Assembly: GCA_041576165.1 (NCBI GenBank)
Contig: JBFGLM010000007.1
Location: 32,001 to 96,000 of the forward strand
Direction of reading: 5' to 3'
DNA length: 64,000 nucleotides
Source: Acidimicrobiia bacterium
GTDB taxonomy: Bacteria > Actinomycetota > Acidimicrobiia > Spongiisociales > Spongiisociaceae
The number at the start of each line of letters is the position of its first letter. Within the stretch, counting starts at the first letter, position 1. Positions 19,993 to 30,366 of the stretch are shown here, in pieces. The position numbers were made by a program, and so were the translations under genes. The notes under the pieces are model-generated. The model was not told the origin of the DNA, did not search any database, and saw nothing but the letters and a program-made list of their open reading frames with translations.

Positions 19993-21003
19993 GTGGGAAC
20001 CGCCGCCGCCATTCTGGGCGCCTCCGGCTATGCCGGAGGTGAACTTGTTCGACTCTTAGACGACCACCCAGCGTTCGACATCACCTTCCTGGGCGCACAC
20101 AGTTCGGCCGGGTCGGCCCTCGGCCAGGTGCACCCGCACCTGCGGGGCGGTCACCGGCGCCTCCAACCTCTCGGCGAGGTTGGAGAGGTCGACGTCGCGT
20201 TTCTGGCTCTTCCGCACGGAGCGTCGTGGGAGGTGGGCGAGCGATTGGCGTCCGATGGTGTCAGGGTCGTGGACCTCGGTAGCGACTACCGGATGGATAC
20301 GGCGGCCCGCTACGAGGCTGCGTATGGTGCCGCCCATCCGCGTCCGGACCGGCTCGGCGACTGGGTGTACGGGCTGCCGGAGCTGGCCGGCATCGATGTA
20401 TCCGGGGCGCAACTCGTGGCATCTCCGGGTTGCTACCCGACTTCGGCGCTGCTGGGGCTGGCCCCGTTGCTGGCTGCCGGAGCGATAGAGCCCGCGGGCA
20501 TCGTGGTCGACTCGATGTCCGGAGTCACCGGCGCGGGCCGGAGCCTCAAGGAGAATCTGTTGTTCGGTGCCGTGGACGAAAACGTCGCCGCCTACGCGGT
20601 CACCACCCATCGCCATCGGCCCGAGATCGAGATGGGGCTTCTGATCGCCTCAGGGATCGACGCCCGGGTCCAGTTCACCCCTCATCTCGTCCCGATGCAG
20701 CGGGGCATTCTCTCGACGTGTTCCGCCCCGGCGGCGGGCGATCCGGTCGATGTCCTCCGGCTGGCGTACCAGGACAGTCCGTTTGTCGACGTGGTCGACG
20801 CCCCACCCCAGACCCGATGGGTGGTCGGATCCAACCGGGCGCTGATCCACGCCCGTGTCGATGATTCGACCGGCCGGGTTGTGGTGCTGGTAGCGATCGA
20901 CAATCTGTTGAAGGGCGCAGCCGGCCAGGCCGTGCAGGCGGCCAATCTGATGTATGGAATCCCGGAAGAGACGGGTCTCCCGATGACCGGTTGGTTGCCG
21001 TGA
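19993..21003 (+). CDS. argC: N-acetyl-gamma-glutamyl-phosphate reductase
   Basis: GASGYAG, FLALPHG, PGCYPT, SGVTGAGR, DNLLKGAAGQAVQ. Confidence 0.97.
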   Translation: MGTAAAILGASGYAGGELVRLLDDHPAFDITFLGAHSSAGSALGQVHPHLRGGHRRLQPLGEVGEVDVAFLALPHGASWEVGERLASDGVRVVDLGSDYRMDTAARYEAAYGAAHPRPDRLGDWVYGLPELAGIDVSGAQLVASPGCYPTSALLGLAPLLAAGAIEPAGIVVDSMSGVTGAGRSLKENLLFGAVDENVAAYAVTTHRHRPEIEMGLLIASGIDARVQFTPHLVPMQRGILSTCSAPAAGDPVDVLRLAYQDSPFVDVVDAPPQTRWVVGSNRALIHARVDDSTGRVVVLVAIDNLLKGAAGQAVQAANLMYGIPEETGLPMTGWLP

Positions 21004-22160
21004 GCGTCACCGCCGCTCGGGGCTTCCGTGCGACCGGCGTGCACGCGGGCGTGAAACCCGATGGGCGGCTCGACACTGCGCTGGTTACTGCCGATCGTCC
21101 GGTTGCGGCCGCCGCGGTGTTCACGACGTCGCTCACGGCGGCGCCGGTCGTAACGCTGGCTCGCAAGCACCTTGTCAACTCTCTGCTGCAGGCGCTGGTG
21201 ATCAACTCGGGCTGCGCCAACGCAGGTACGGGCGAGGCCGGGCTCGTGTGGGCCGAGCAGATCGCCGGTGCTGCCGCCCGGGCGCTGGGATGCCATACCG
21301 AAGACGTTTTGGTGGCATCGACGGGTCCGATCGGCACGGATCTGCCCGTTGAAGAGATTGTCGCCTCACTGCCGGCGGCGGTGTCCCGCCTCGAGGCAAC
21401 GGCGGACGCGGCCACCCTCGCAGCTCGCAGCATCATGACAACGGACTCGGTCCCGAAAGAAGCGACCGTGGCCGGTGACGGTTACGTGATCGGCGGCATG
21501 TCGAAAGGGGCCGGCATGATCCGGCCGGACATGGCCACCATGCTCGCCTACGTGACGACCGATGCCGTCGTGAACCCGGCGACGTTGCAGGCGGCCCTTT
21601 CTGACGCAGTGGATGTCACCTTCAACTGTCTCAACATCGACGGCTGTCAGTCGACCAACGACATGGTTGTGCTGCTGGCATCGGGGGATTCGGGGACAGA
21701 GCCAGATCCGGCGGCGTTCGCGTCACATCTCACCAGGCTGTGCCGCGATCTGACCTGGCAGATGGCGAAGGATGCCGAGGGGGCAAGTCGGGTCGTGACC
21801 CTCCACATCTCCGGTGCCGACGACCACGCGACTGCCCGCGTGGTGGGTAAAGCGGTGGCGGATTCGGCGCTCGTGCGTTCGTCCTTCTACGGAGGGGACC
21901 CGAACTGGGGACGGATCCTCCAGGCGCTCGGAGTCACAGGGGTGCCTCTCCACCAGGAGGACATTGAAATCGCCTACGAAGGGACGACGGTCACCCAGGG
22001 GGGCGTCGGGATTCCCCACGATGAGGCGGATCTCATGGCACGGCTCGAACAGGGCGACTTTGAGGTCTCGATCGTGGTGGGTATGGGTCACGGCCGGGCC
22101 ACGGTCGTCACCACGGACCTGACACCCGAATATGTCGTCTTCAACGGTGAACGAAGCTGA
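21000..22160 (+). CDS. argJ: Ornithine acetyltransferase
   Basis: NSGCANAGTG, IMTTD, KGAGMIRPDMATML, DGCQSTND, KDAEGA; GTGA overlap with argC. Confidence 0.97.
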   Translation: MSVTAARGFRATGVHAGVKPDGRLDTALVTADRPVAAAAVFTTSLTAAPVVTLARKHLVNSLLQALVINSGCANAGTGEAGLVWAEQIAGAAARALGCHTEDVLVASTGPIGTDLPVEEIVASLPAAVSRLEATADAATLAARSIMTTDSVPKEATVAGDGYVIGGMSKGAGMIRPDMATMLAYVTTDAVVNPATLQAALSDAVDVTFNCLNIDGCQSTNDMVVLLASGDSGTEPDPAAFASHLTRLCRDLTWQMAKDAEGASRVVTLHISGADDHATARVVGKAVADSALVRSSFYGGDPNWGRILQALGVTGVPLHQEDIEIAYEGTTVTQGGVGIPHDEADLMARLEQGDFEVSIVVGMGHGRATVVTTDLTPEYVVFNGERS

Positions 22161-23089
22161 TGGCCACCGGACATACGGCGCCGAGCCCTGGCAAGTCGCG
22201 GATCGCAACGACGATGGGCAAGGCGCGGATCCTCACCGAGGCCATGCCCTACATCAAGCTCTTCAGAGATCAGATCGTCGTCATCAAGTACGGCGGCTCG
22301 GCGATGGTGGACGAGGCGCTGCGGGAGACCTTTGCCGGCGACGTGGCCTTGCTGTCGATCGTGGGCATCAAACCGGTGGTGGTGCACGGCGGGGGGCCTC
22401 ACATCTCCCGCGCAATGGGCCAGCAGGGTGTCGAACCGCAGTGGGTCGACGGTCTTCGCGTGACTGACGCAGAGACCATTCGCGTCGTTCAGAGCACTCT
22501 GGCCGGGGAGATCAACCCGGACATCGTCCGGCTGTTGCAGGGGGCTGGAGCACGGGCGGTCGGCGTGACCGGCATCGACGGCGGTCTGATCACGGCCCGC
22601 CAGCGTGACCCGAAGCTGGGTTTCGTCGGGGACGTCGCCTCGGTGGATCCGAGTCTGATTCGAGCGATGATCGACCAGGGGCTGGTGCCCGTGATAGCGC
22701 CGCTGGCCCGAGGCGAAGACGGGAATGCCTACAACCTGAATGCCGACACCGCGGCCGGGGCGATCGCAGCCGCGTTGGGGGCCAAGAAACTGGTGTACCT
22801 CACCGATGTCGAGGGTCTCTACCGGGATCTCGGCGATGAAGACAGCCTCATCCAGCGCTTGACGCTGGAGGGCCTCAAGGAGCTGGTGGCATCCGGATCG
22901 GTGTCGGCCGGAATGCTGCCCAAGCTGCAGTCAGTGTCGGCGGCCCTCGACGCGGGAGTGGGCCACGCCCATATTCTCGACGGCCGTATCCAGCATGCGT
23001 TGCTGTTGGAGATCTTCACCCCGGAGGGGATCGGCACCATGATCGAACCGGAAACCGAGTTCATGCGCACCATGAGATTGGACGGCTGA
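22160..23089 (+). CDS. argB: Acetylglutamate kinase
   Basis: VIKYGGSAM, VHGGGP, GLRVTD, NLNAD, GMLPK. Confidence 0.97.
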   Translation: MATGHTAPSPGKSRIATTMGKARILTEAMPYIKLFRDQIVVIKYGGSAMVDEALRETFAGDVALLSIVGIKPVVVHGGGPHISRAMGQQGVEPQWVDGLRVTDAETIRVVQSTLAGEINPDIVRLLQGAGARAVGVTGIDGGLITARQRDPKLGFVGDVASVDPSLIRAMIDQGLVPVIAPLARGEDGNAYNLNADTAAGAIAAALGAKKLVYLTDVEGLYRDLGDEDSLIQRLTLEGLKELVASGSVSAGMLPKLQSVSAALDAGVGHAHILDGRIQHALLLEIFTPEGIGTMIEPETEFMRTMRLDG

Positions 23090-23090
23090 C

Positions 23091-24287
23091 ATGGAAGAGA
23101 ACATCGAAAAGGGCCACCCGAATCCGACCGTGGCCGGTGAGGCCGAGTGGGTCATGCAGACCTACAAACGCGTGCCGGTCGTGTTCGTGCGCGGCGACGG
23201 CACGACGCTGTTCGACGACCAGGGCAAGCAGTACCTCGATTTTCTCGGGGGTCTTGCGGTGGTTGGTGTCGGTCATGCCAACACACGGGTCGCAGCCGCA
23301 GTCACCAAACAGATGACCGAACTGGTCCACGTGTCCAACCTCTACTACACCCGTCCCCAGGTCGAGCTGGCGCAGCGCCTGACTCACCTGGCAGGTCTCG
23401 ATCGGGTGTTCTTCGCCAACTGCGGTGCGACGGCGAACGAAACCGCGATCAAGTTGGCCCGGCGCTGGGGGCAGAGGCAGGGCGGCGAGCAGGCATACGA
23501 GATCATCTCGCTCGTTGACTCATTCCACGGGCGGACGCTGGCGGCGCTGGCCGCCACCGGCCAGCCGGCCAAGCAAGCCACCTTCGAGCCACTTCCGCCC
23601 GGGTTCCGGCAGGTGCCGGGCAATGACATTGATGCGCTGGACGCAGCGGTCGGCGATCGGACCGCAGCGGTGATGCTCGAAACCGTCCAGGGGGAGGGTG
23701 GGGTGGTGCCGATGGCAAGCGACTACCTCCACGCCGTACGTGCGCTGTGTGATGAGCGCAATGTGCTGCTCATCTTCGACGACGTGCAGGCCGGCATCGG
23801 CCGCACCGGCACGTGGTTCTCGTGGCAGGCCTTCGGGGTGCAGCCCGACATCGCCACCCTGGCCAAGGCCCTGGCCAACGGGCTGCCGATCGGGGCGTGC
23901 CTGGCCACCCAACGGGCAGCCTCCGCATTCGAATACGGCGACCACGCCACGACCTTCGGCGGCGGTCCCGTCGTGTGTGCAGCAGCGCTGGCCGTGCTCG
24001 ATGAAATCGAGGACCGCGATCTACTCACCAACGTCAAGGACCGGTCCGACCAACTCCACGACGGCTTGCTTGACCTTGCGGGAGTGACCGGCGTCCGCGG
24101 CCGCGGCCTGCTGCTGGCCGCGGTTCTCGACGAGCCCCGGTCGGCAGAAGTGACCCAGGCCGCCCTGGCTGAGGGCCTCGTTGTGAACAACGTCCGCGCG
24201 GACGCAGTGCGGTTCGCCCCGCCTCTGACCGTGACCAGCCAAGAAGTTGACGAGGCCCTCGCCCGGTTCGCCCGCGCCCTCGGCTGA
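23091..24287 (+). CDS. argD: Acetylornithine aminotransferase
   Basis: HVSNLY, SFHGRT, QGEGG, TLAKALANG, HATTFGG; operon context. Confidence 0.95.
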   Translation: MEENIEKGHPNPTVAGEAEWVMQTYKRVPVVFVRGDGTTLFDDQGKQYLDFLGGLAVVGVGHANTRVAAAVTKQMTELVHVSNLYYTRPQVELAQRLTHLAGLDRVFFANCGATANETAIKLARRWGQRQGGEQAYEIISLVDSFHGRTLAALAATGQPAKQATFEPLPPGFRQVPGNDIDALDAAVGDRTAAVMLETVQGEGGVVPMASDYLHAVRALCDERNVLLIFDDVQAGIGRTGTWFSWQAFGVQPDIATLAKALANGLPIGACLATQRAASAFEYGDHATTFGGGPVVCAAALAVLDEIEDRDLLTNVKDRSDQLHDGLLDLAGVTGVRGRGLLLAAVLDEPRSAEVTQAALAEGLVVNNVRADAVRFAPPLTVTSQEVDEALARFARALG

Positions 24288-24526
24288 CCGATTGCGTACC
24301 AGGCCGCCAGTCGCCGGCTCAGCACTGCGGCTCTGCTCCAAGACATCGCCGCTGGCGACAGGGGCTTGGAGCGAAATCATGGTCAATCACGCCTGCGAGA
24401 TAAGACCAAGCCGAGCCGGCCTGCCGGGGGCCGTCGGGCGGGCGGTCGCCAGCGACTAGTCCTTTCGTGTCCGTGGGGAATGGTCATTGAATTCTGGGTC
24501 AGTGAGAACCGATCACACATATAGAA

Positions 24527-24689
24527 GCGGGCGTTCGTCACTGGAGCCGCGTGTCGCCCGACCCGCCGATCAGATTGAGACCGTGAACGGCACACCGGAC
24601 CCCTGTTCGGTGGTTGCGTTCCGCAGGCGGTCCCGGTCTGTGACCAGTCAAGGGCGCGCAGGCTCCGGACTGCAGTGCATGAAGCTCGT
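24527..24689 (+). ncRNA. Candidate 6S-like rod-shaped RNA
   Basis: Nested helices read by eye: CACCGGAC/GTTCGGTG, GAACG/CGTTC, CAGATTGAGACCG/CGGTCCCGGTCTG, central bubble, CGCCC/GGGCG, CTGGAGCC/GGCTCCGG, TTCGT/ATGAA, GCGGGC/GCTCGT; lies in a 500-bp intergenic gap. Confidence 0.5.
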
Positions 24690-24790
24690 CGCCAGTCGAT
24701 GGCCGAGCTGAGGCCTCACTGCGGTCCGGGCCTCGTGGACCCGCTCCGGGTGTCTCACGTTCGAGCGACCCGCTACGTTCAATCATCGAC

Positions 24791-25252
24791 ATGGCATCGT
24801 TGCCTCCGTTTCAGAACTTGTTAGACCGCCACGCCCTCGACGTTCATCGATTCCTGCGGGGCCTGGTGGGACGTGACGCAGCCGAGGATTGCCTGCAGGA
24901 CGCCCTGCTGTCTGCGCTGCGGGCGTACCCGAACCTACGCCACGCCGACAATCTCAGATCGTGGCTGTTCACGATCGCGCACCGAAAGGGCATCGATCAC
25001 CTGCGGAAGTCGGCTCGGGAAACTCTGACGGCCATGGTGCCGGAGACCGCAGTGAACGACGCCGCGCCTGCCGACCCGGTCTTGTGGCGTCGGGTCGGCG
25101 AACTCCCCGACAAACAGCGAGCCGCGGTAATGCTGCGCTTCGTGGGCGACCTACCGTACGCGGCCATTGCCGACGTGATCGGATGCTCGGAGCCGGCCGC
25201 CCGGCAGAGCGTCCGGGTCGGGCTGGCAACGCTTCGAAAGGATTTGACGTGA
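24791..25252 (+). CDS. ECF RNA polymerase sigma factor (minimal, 153 aa)
   Basis: AEDCLQDA, LRSWLFTIAHRK (region 2); LPDKQRAAVMLRF...YAAIADVIG (region 4). Confidence 0.9.
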   Translation: MASLPPFQNLLDRHALDVHRFLRGLVGRDAAEDCLQDALLSALRAYPNLRHADNLRSWLFTIAHRKGIDHLRKSARETLTAMVPETAVNDAAPADPVLWRRVGELPDKQRAAVMLRFVGDLPYAAIADVIGCSEPAARQSVRVGLATLRKDLT

Positions 25253-25854
25253 TGCAATTCGAGTTCACCGACGTCGACCGTCACACCCACGATCTCCAGA
25301 TGGAGCGGTTCGCCGCCGCGGCGTTCGGTGAGGATGGACCGGCCAAGCTGGCCTACGCCACGTTCGGGTCGCCGATCGGGACGCTGCTGGCGGCCGTTAC
25401 CCATGGCGGACTGGTGCGGATCGGCTTCGAGAGCGAGGGGACCGATGACGTTCTCGACAGCCTTGCCCGCAAGATCTCTCCGGCGATCGTTGAGCTGCCG
25501 GCCGCGCTCGCCGGGGTGAAAGAACAGCTCGATCTCTACTTCGCAGGATCGCTCCGCACCTTCGATCTACTGGTCGACCGCCGGTTGTTCACGCCTTTCC
25601 AGGAGAAGGTGCTCGCCGCAACATCCTCCATCCCGTGTGGTGAAGTCCTCAGCTACGGGCAGGTGGCCGCCCTGGTCGGGAAGCCCGGTGCCGCGCAGGC
25701 CACCGGCCAGGCGCTCGGCGCCAATCCGATTCCGGTGGTCATTCCCTGTCACCGTGTGGTGGCCGCTGATGGTTCGCTTCATGGATACGGCGGCGGGCTG
25801 GACCGCAAACGATTTCTACTGGAACTCGAACAGGGGGCCGCCCGGCTGTTCTGA
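25249..25854 (+). CDS. ogt: Methylated-DNA-protein-cysteine methyltransferase
   Basis: NPIPVVIPCHRV active site, GYGGGLDRKRFLLELE; GTGA overlap with the sigma gene. Confidence 0.92.
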   Translation: MMQFEFTDVDRHTHDLQMERFAAAAFGEDGPAKLAYATFGSPIGTLLAAVTHGGLVRIGFESEGTDDVLDSLARKISPAIVELPAALAGVKEQLDLYFAGSLRTFDLLVDRRLFTPFQEKVLAATSSIPCGEVLSYGQVAALVGKPGAAQATGQALGANPIPVVIPCHRVVAADGSLHGYGGGLDRKRFLLELEQGAARLF

Positions 25855-25988
25855 TGACTCCGCCGAGTTTGCGCCTGACCCGCTTGGGTAGGTCGGCCCT
25901 AGATATAGGGTCTTTCCGCTGCGGTTCGAGCTCAGAACCCACGTTACCTTTGGCCCATATGTTGCGGTCGGTGCGACGAAAGGTCGGC

Positions 25989-26456
25989 ATGATGACAACT
26001 GACGATGCTGGTCGGGCATTCGACTTCCTCCAGATCGCCACTGAGGACAGCGGAGCTGAGAACGTCCTCGATGAGTTTGTCGACCTTTTCAACGCCCGCG
26101 ATCTCGATGCGCTGGCATCGCTGGTCTCGGAGGATCTCGACGCCGAGTTCCTGAAGGTGGCGGGTCGGGAGGGTGCCATGCAGGCGCTCGAGAATCTCTT
26201 CATCCGCCAGCCTTTCACCGTCGCCACCCGGGGTGAGCTTGGGCTCGAACCGATTGCCGCCCTCTGGCAACCCACCGGTGAAGACGGGAGCGGCTACGTC
26301 GTGGTGGGGTATCTCGTCTTCGAGTGCTCCGACGAGGACGAACCGCTCATCACCCGGGTTGAGTATTTCGAGGAATTGGAGGACGTGCTGCTGGAAGAGC
26401 CGGACGGCGTGATCGAGGGTCTCGACTGGGACCTCGCCGACCTGGACCGATCGTGA
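25989..26456 (+). CDS. Acidic hypothetical protein (possible SnoaL/NTF2-like)
   Basis: FVDLFNARDLDALASLVSED pattern; strong GC3 bias. Confidence 0.65.
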   Translation: MMTTDDAGRAFDFLQIATEDSGAENVLDEFVDLFNARDLDALASLVSEDLDAEFLKVAGREGAMQALENLFIRQPFTVATRGELGLEPIAALWQPTGEDGSGYVVVGYLVFECSDEDEPLITRVEYFEELEDVLLEEPDGVIEGLDWDLADLDRS

Positions 26457-26478
26457 CGTGCTGATTCCAGCCGGCTGA

Positions 26479-26949
26479 TCAGACCCCGCGGCCGAGCTTG
26501 ACCAACACCGCGTCGGTGGTCAGCTCGACGCCGACATAGATTCGGTCGGGCGGTTCGGTCAGCCAGGTGGTCACGAGGTCGTCACTGCTCGATTCGTACG
26601 AGACCGGCTGATCGAGCGATTCGGCGTACGCCGCATAGAACCTGATGATCTCGTCGTATCGATCGACCGGATACCGGAGATCCACGAGACGGATGACGCC
26701 GTCATCGGTGCGGCGTTCCATCGAGGCGATCCTGGTCGCTCCGTTGAGAACGGGAACCTCCAGCCCGGGCGGGAGCTCATCAGACACCCTGACGGTGCCG
26801 GTGTCATCTGTCACCGTGTAACCGCCGCCCTCGATGTCGACATGGCCGCCCAGCTCGTCCCCGAGTGCATCTTCCGCGAGACGCTCGGCGGCCGCGCTGC
26901 AACCTGTGCAAACGAGTATCAGCGTCAAGAGCAGAGCGGCCTTCGACAC
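26479..26949 (-). CDS. Hypothetical lipoprotein
   Basis: Signal peptide ending in CTGC; TAGCAT -10 element 6 nt before the GTG. Confidence 0.7.
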   Translation of the reverse strand: MSKAALLLTLILVCTGCSAAAERLAEDALGDELGGHVDIEGGGYTVTDDTGTVRVSDELPPGLEVPVLNGATRIASMERRTDDGVIRLVDLRYPVDRYDEIIRFYAAYAESLDQPVSYESSSDDLVTTWLTEPPDRIYVGVELTTDAVLVKLGRGV

Positions 26950-26973
26950 GGGGGTATGCTACGGCACCCATCT

Positions 26974-27007
26974 TGCATGATCATACATATCAATGCATAA
27001 TCTTGCA
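26974..27007 (+). promoter_or_regulatory. Tandem ARG boxes over the argR promoter
   Basis: TGCATGATCATACA (26974-26987) and TGCATAATCTTGCA (26994-27007), 20-bp period; they overlap TTGCAT-N17-CATAAT, 7 nt before the ATG. Confidence 0.88.
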
Positions 27008-27008
27008 G

Positions 27009-27472
27009 ATGGCAGGAACGGCGGCCCGGCACCGTGCGGTGCGTTCGATTTTGGCTCGCCATGTCGTCGCGAGTCAGGAGGATCTCGTTGGTCACCTCGC
27101 GGCGGATGGTATCGAGGTGACTCAGGCGACCATATCCCGCGACCTGCAGACGCTCGGTGCCATCAAAGCCCGCGACGCCGACGGGCACCTGCGTTACATG
27201 CTCGCCGACGGGTTTCGTCCCGGCGGTGAGGCGGAAGAACTGTTGGCCCGGTCGCTGGCGGAATTCGCGCTGTCAATCAGCTCGAGCGGCAATCTCGTAG
27301 TGGTGAAGACGCCCCCCGGCGCAGCGCACGTCGTGGCGAGCGGTGTAGACGGAGCGGCGCTGACCGGCGTAATGGGCACGGTGGCCGGAGACGACACGCT
27401 GATGATCGTGACCGATGAGGCGATTGGGGGTCGCGCGGTGGCAAAGGAACTCGAACGAATTGGAGCAGGCTG

Positions 27473-27473
<1 letters not shown>
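27009..27473 (+). CDS. argR: Arginine repressor
   Basis: [30 protein letters not shown]. Confidence 0.97.
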
Positions 27474-28675
<1,202 letters not shown>

Positions 28676-28730
28676 GCGGACATCCAACCGACGTTGGCGC
28701 GCCGGTCGACTTCGCCTCGGTGGGGGCAGC

Positions 28731-30083
28731 ATGATGTTGTGGTCGGGTGGCTTTTCGGAGCCGCCCGATGATGTGTTGTGGCGGTTCACGGTGGACCATT
28801 CCGACCGGCGCATGCTTGTCGACGACATTGCCGGATCGCTTGCGCACGTCTCCATGTTGGGCGAGGCGGGGCTGCTCGGCGGCGATGAAGTTGAGCAGAT
28901 AGTCGCGGCGCTCGAGACGATCCGGAACGAAGCGGACTCCGGGATCTTCGAGTATGTGCCCGAAGACGAGGACATTCACAGCGCCGCTGAGCGCCGGCTG
29001 GGAGAGTTGATCGGTCCGCTTGCGGGCAAGCTACACACCGGCCGGTCCCGTAACGATCAGGTCGCGCTCGATCTACGGCTGTACCTGCGCCGCAGTGCCG
29101 AGCAGCGAATTCACCAGCTCCATACCTTCGCAAGGGTGATGGCCGACCGGGCCGAGTCCGTCGGCGAGGCGGTGGTGCCGTCCTACACGCATCTCCAGCA
29201 GGCCCAGGCAGTTCCGCTCGCCCACCATCTGCTCGCGTACGCCTGGATGGCGCTGCGGGATGCGGATCGATTCGGCGATCTGTCGCGGCGGCTCGATGTG
29301 TCGCCCCTCGGGGCCGGGGCGGGCGGTGGCAGCTCGCTGCCCATCGATCCAGATCATGCGGCACGCCTGCTCGGCATGTCGGGGCGGTTCGAGAACTCCA
29401 TGGACGCCGTCGCATCGCGCGACCTCGCCGCCGAGTATGCGTTTTGTTGCGCGCAGGCGATGGTGCACCTGTCCCGGCTGGCGGAGGAGGTCGTCTTGTG
29501 GGCCTCAACTGAGTTCGGCTGGGCAAGCTTCGCCGACCGTTACACGACGGGCAGCTCTGCCATGCCGCAGAAGAAGAACCCCGATATGGCGGAGCTCACC
29601 CGCGGCCGGGCCGCGCCGGTCATCGGCCACCTCACCGCTCTGCTGGCGCTGCAAAAGGGCACGCCCCTGACGTACAACCGGGACTTCCAGGAGGACAAGG
29701 CGGCAGTCTTCGCAGCCGATGATGTGCTGGAGGGTGCACTCGAGGCCATGACGGCCCTGCTGGCCGGCGCCGAGTTTCATCCCCCGCTGCCGGGCGCGGC
29801 CGTGACCGCCTTGGATCTGGCGGAGACGTTGGTCGCTCGAGGCGTTCCGTTCCGCGAAGCCCATCATGCAGTAGGACGTCTGATCGGTCGCCTGGCGGCG
29901 GACGGGCGGGACCTGTCCGACGCCACCGTCACCGATCTGACGGCCGCGGACGCCCGCTTTCAGGAGGCCGACATGGTCCGGACCGATCCGGTCGAATCCG
30001 TACGATCCCGAACAAGCGCTGGTGGCGGCTCCTTCGAAAGCGCCCGCCAACAGATCGCCAACATCCGCCGGCGCCTCGGCTGA
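28731..30083 (+). CDS. argH: Argininosuccinate lyase
   Basis: HTGRSRNDQV, YTHLQQAQ, TGSSAMPQKKNPD, YNRDFQEDK. Confidence 0.97.
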   Translation: MMLWSGGFSEPPDDVLWRFTVDHSDRRMLVDDIAGSLAHVSMLGEAGLLGGDEVEQIVAALETIRNEADSGIFEYVPEDEDIHSAAERRLGELIGPLAGKLHTGRSRNDQVALDLRLYLRRSAEQRIHQLHTFARVMADRAESVGEAVVPSYTHLQQAQAVPLAHHLLAYAWMALRDADRFGDLSRRLDVSPLGAGAGGGSSLPIDPDHAARLLGMSGRFENSMDAVASRDLAAEYAFCCAQAMVHLSRLAEEVVLWASTEFGWASFADRYTTGSSAMPQKKNPDMAELTRGRAAPVIGHLTALLALQKGTPLTYNRDFQEDKAAVFAADDVLEGALEAMTALLAGAEFHPPLPGAAVTALDLAETLVARGVPFREAHHAVGRLIGRLAADGRDLSDATVTDLTAADARFQEADMVRTDPVESVRSRTSAGGGSFESARQQIANIRRRLG

Positions 30084-30316
30084 CCGCCCGAGGGTTTTTC
30101 CCGGTCAGTGGACGTCGGTGCGCGTGGCAGAGCCCTCCGGCGCCGGGTCCTACGCATCGTGACGGCGGGCCCAGATGACCAATCCCGATCCGCCTTCGCT
30201 CCGTATACAGGTGTAGCTCGTAGCCGCCGGGCCGTTACCTGCCCGGGCGCAGTCCGCGCCTTGTTCGGCGCACCCGCGCTGTGGCACTTGCGGGTGAGGA
30301 AGAGGCGCCGAACGCG

Positions 30317-30347
30317 AAATGCCCCGGGGCTCTGCCCCGGGGCATTT
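30317..30347 (-). terminator. Intrinsic terminator after the Mo-hydroxylase operon
   Basis: AAATGCCCCGGGGC-tct-GCCCCGGGGCATTT. Confidence 0.8.
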
Positions 30348-30366
30348 CCATTGACCGCCACCGAGA

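Noticed and set aside
24501-24517. CRP/GlxR site AGTGA-N7-TCACA
   Set aside because: Spacer is 7 rather than the canonical 6.
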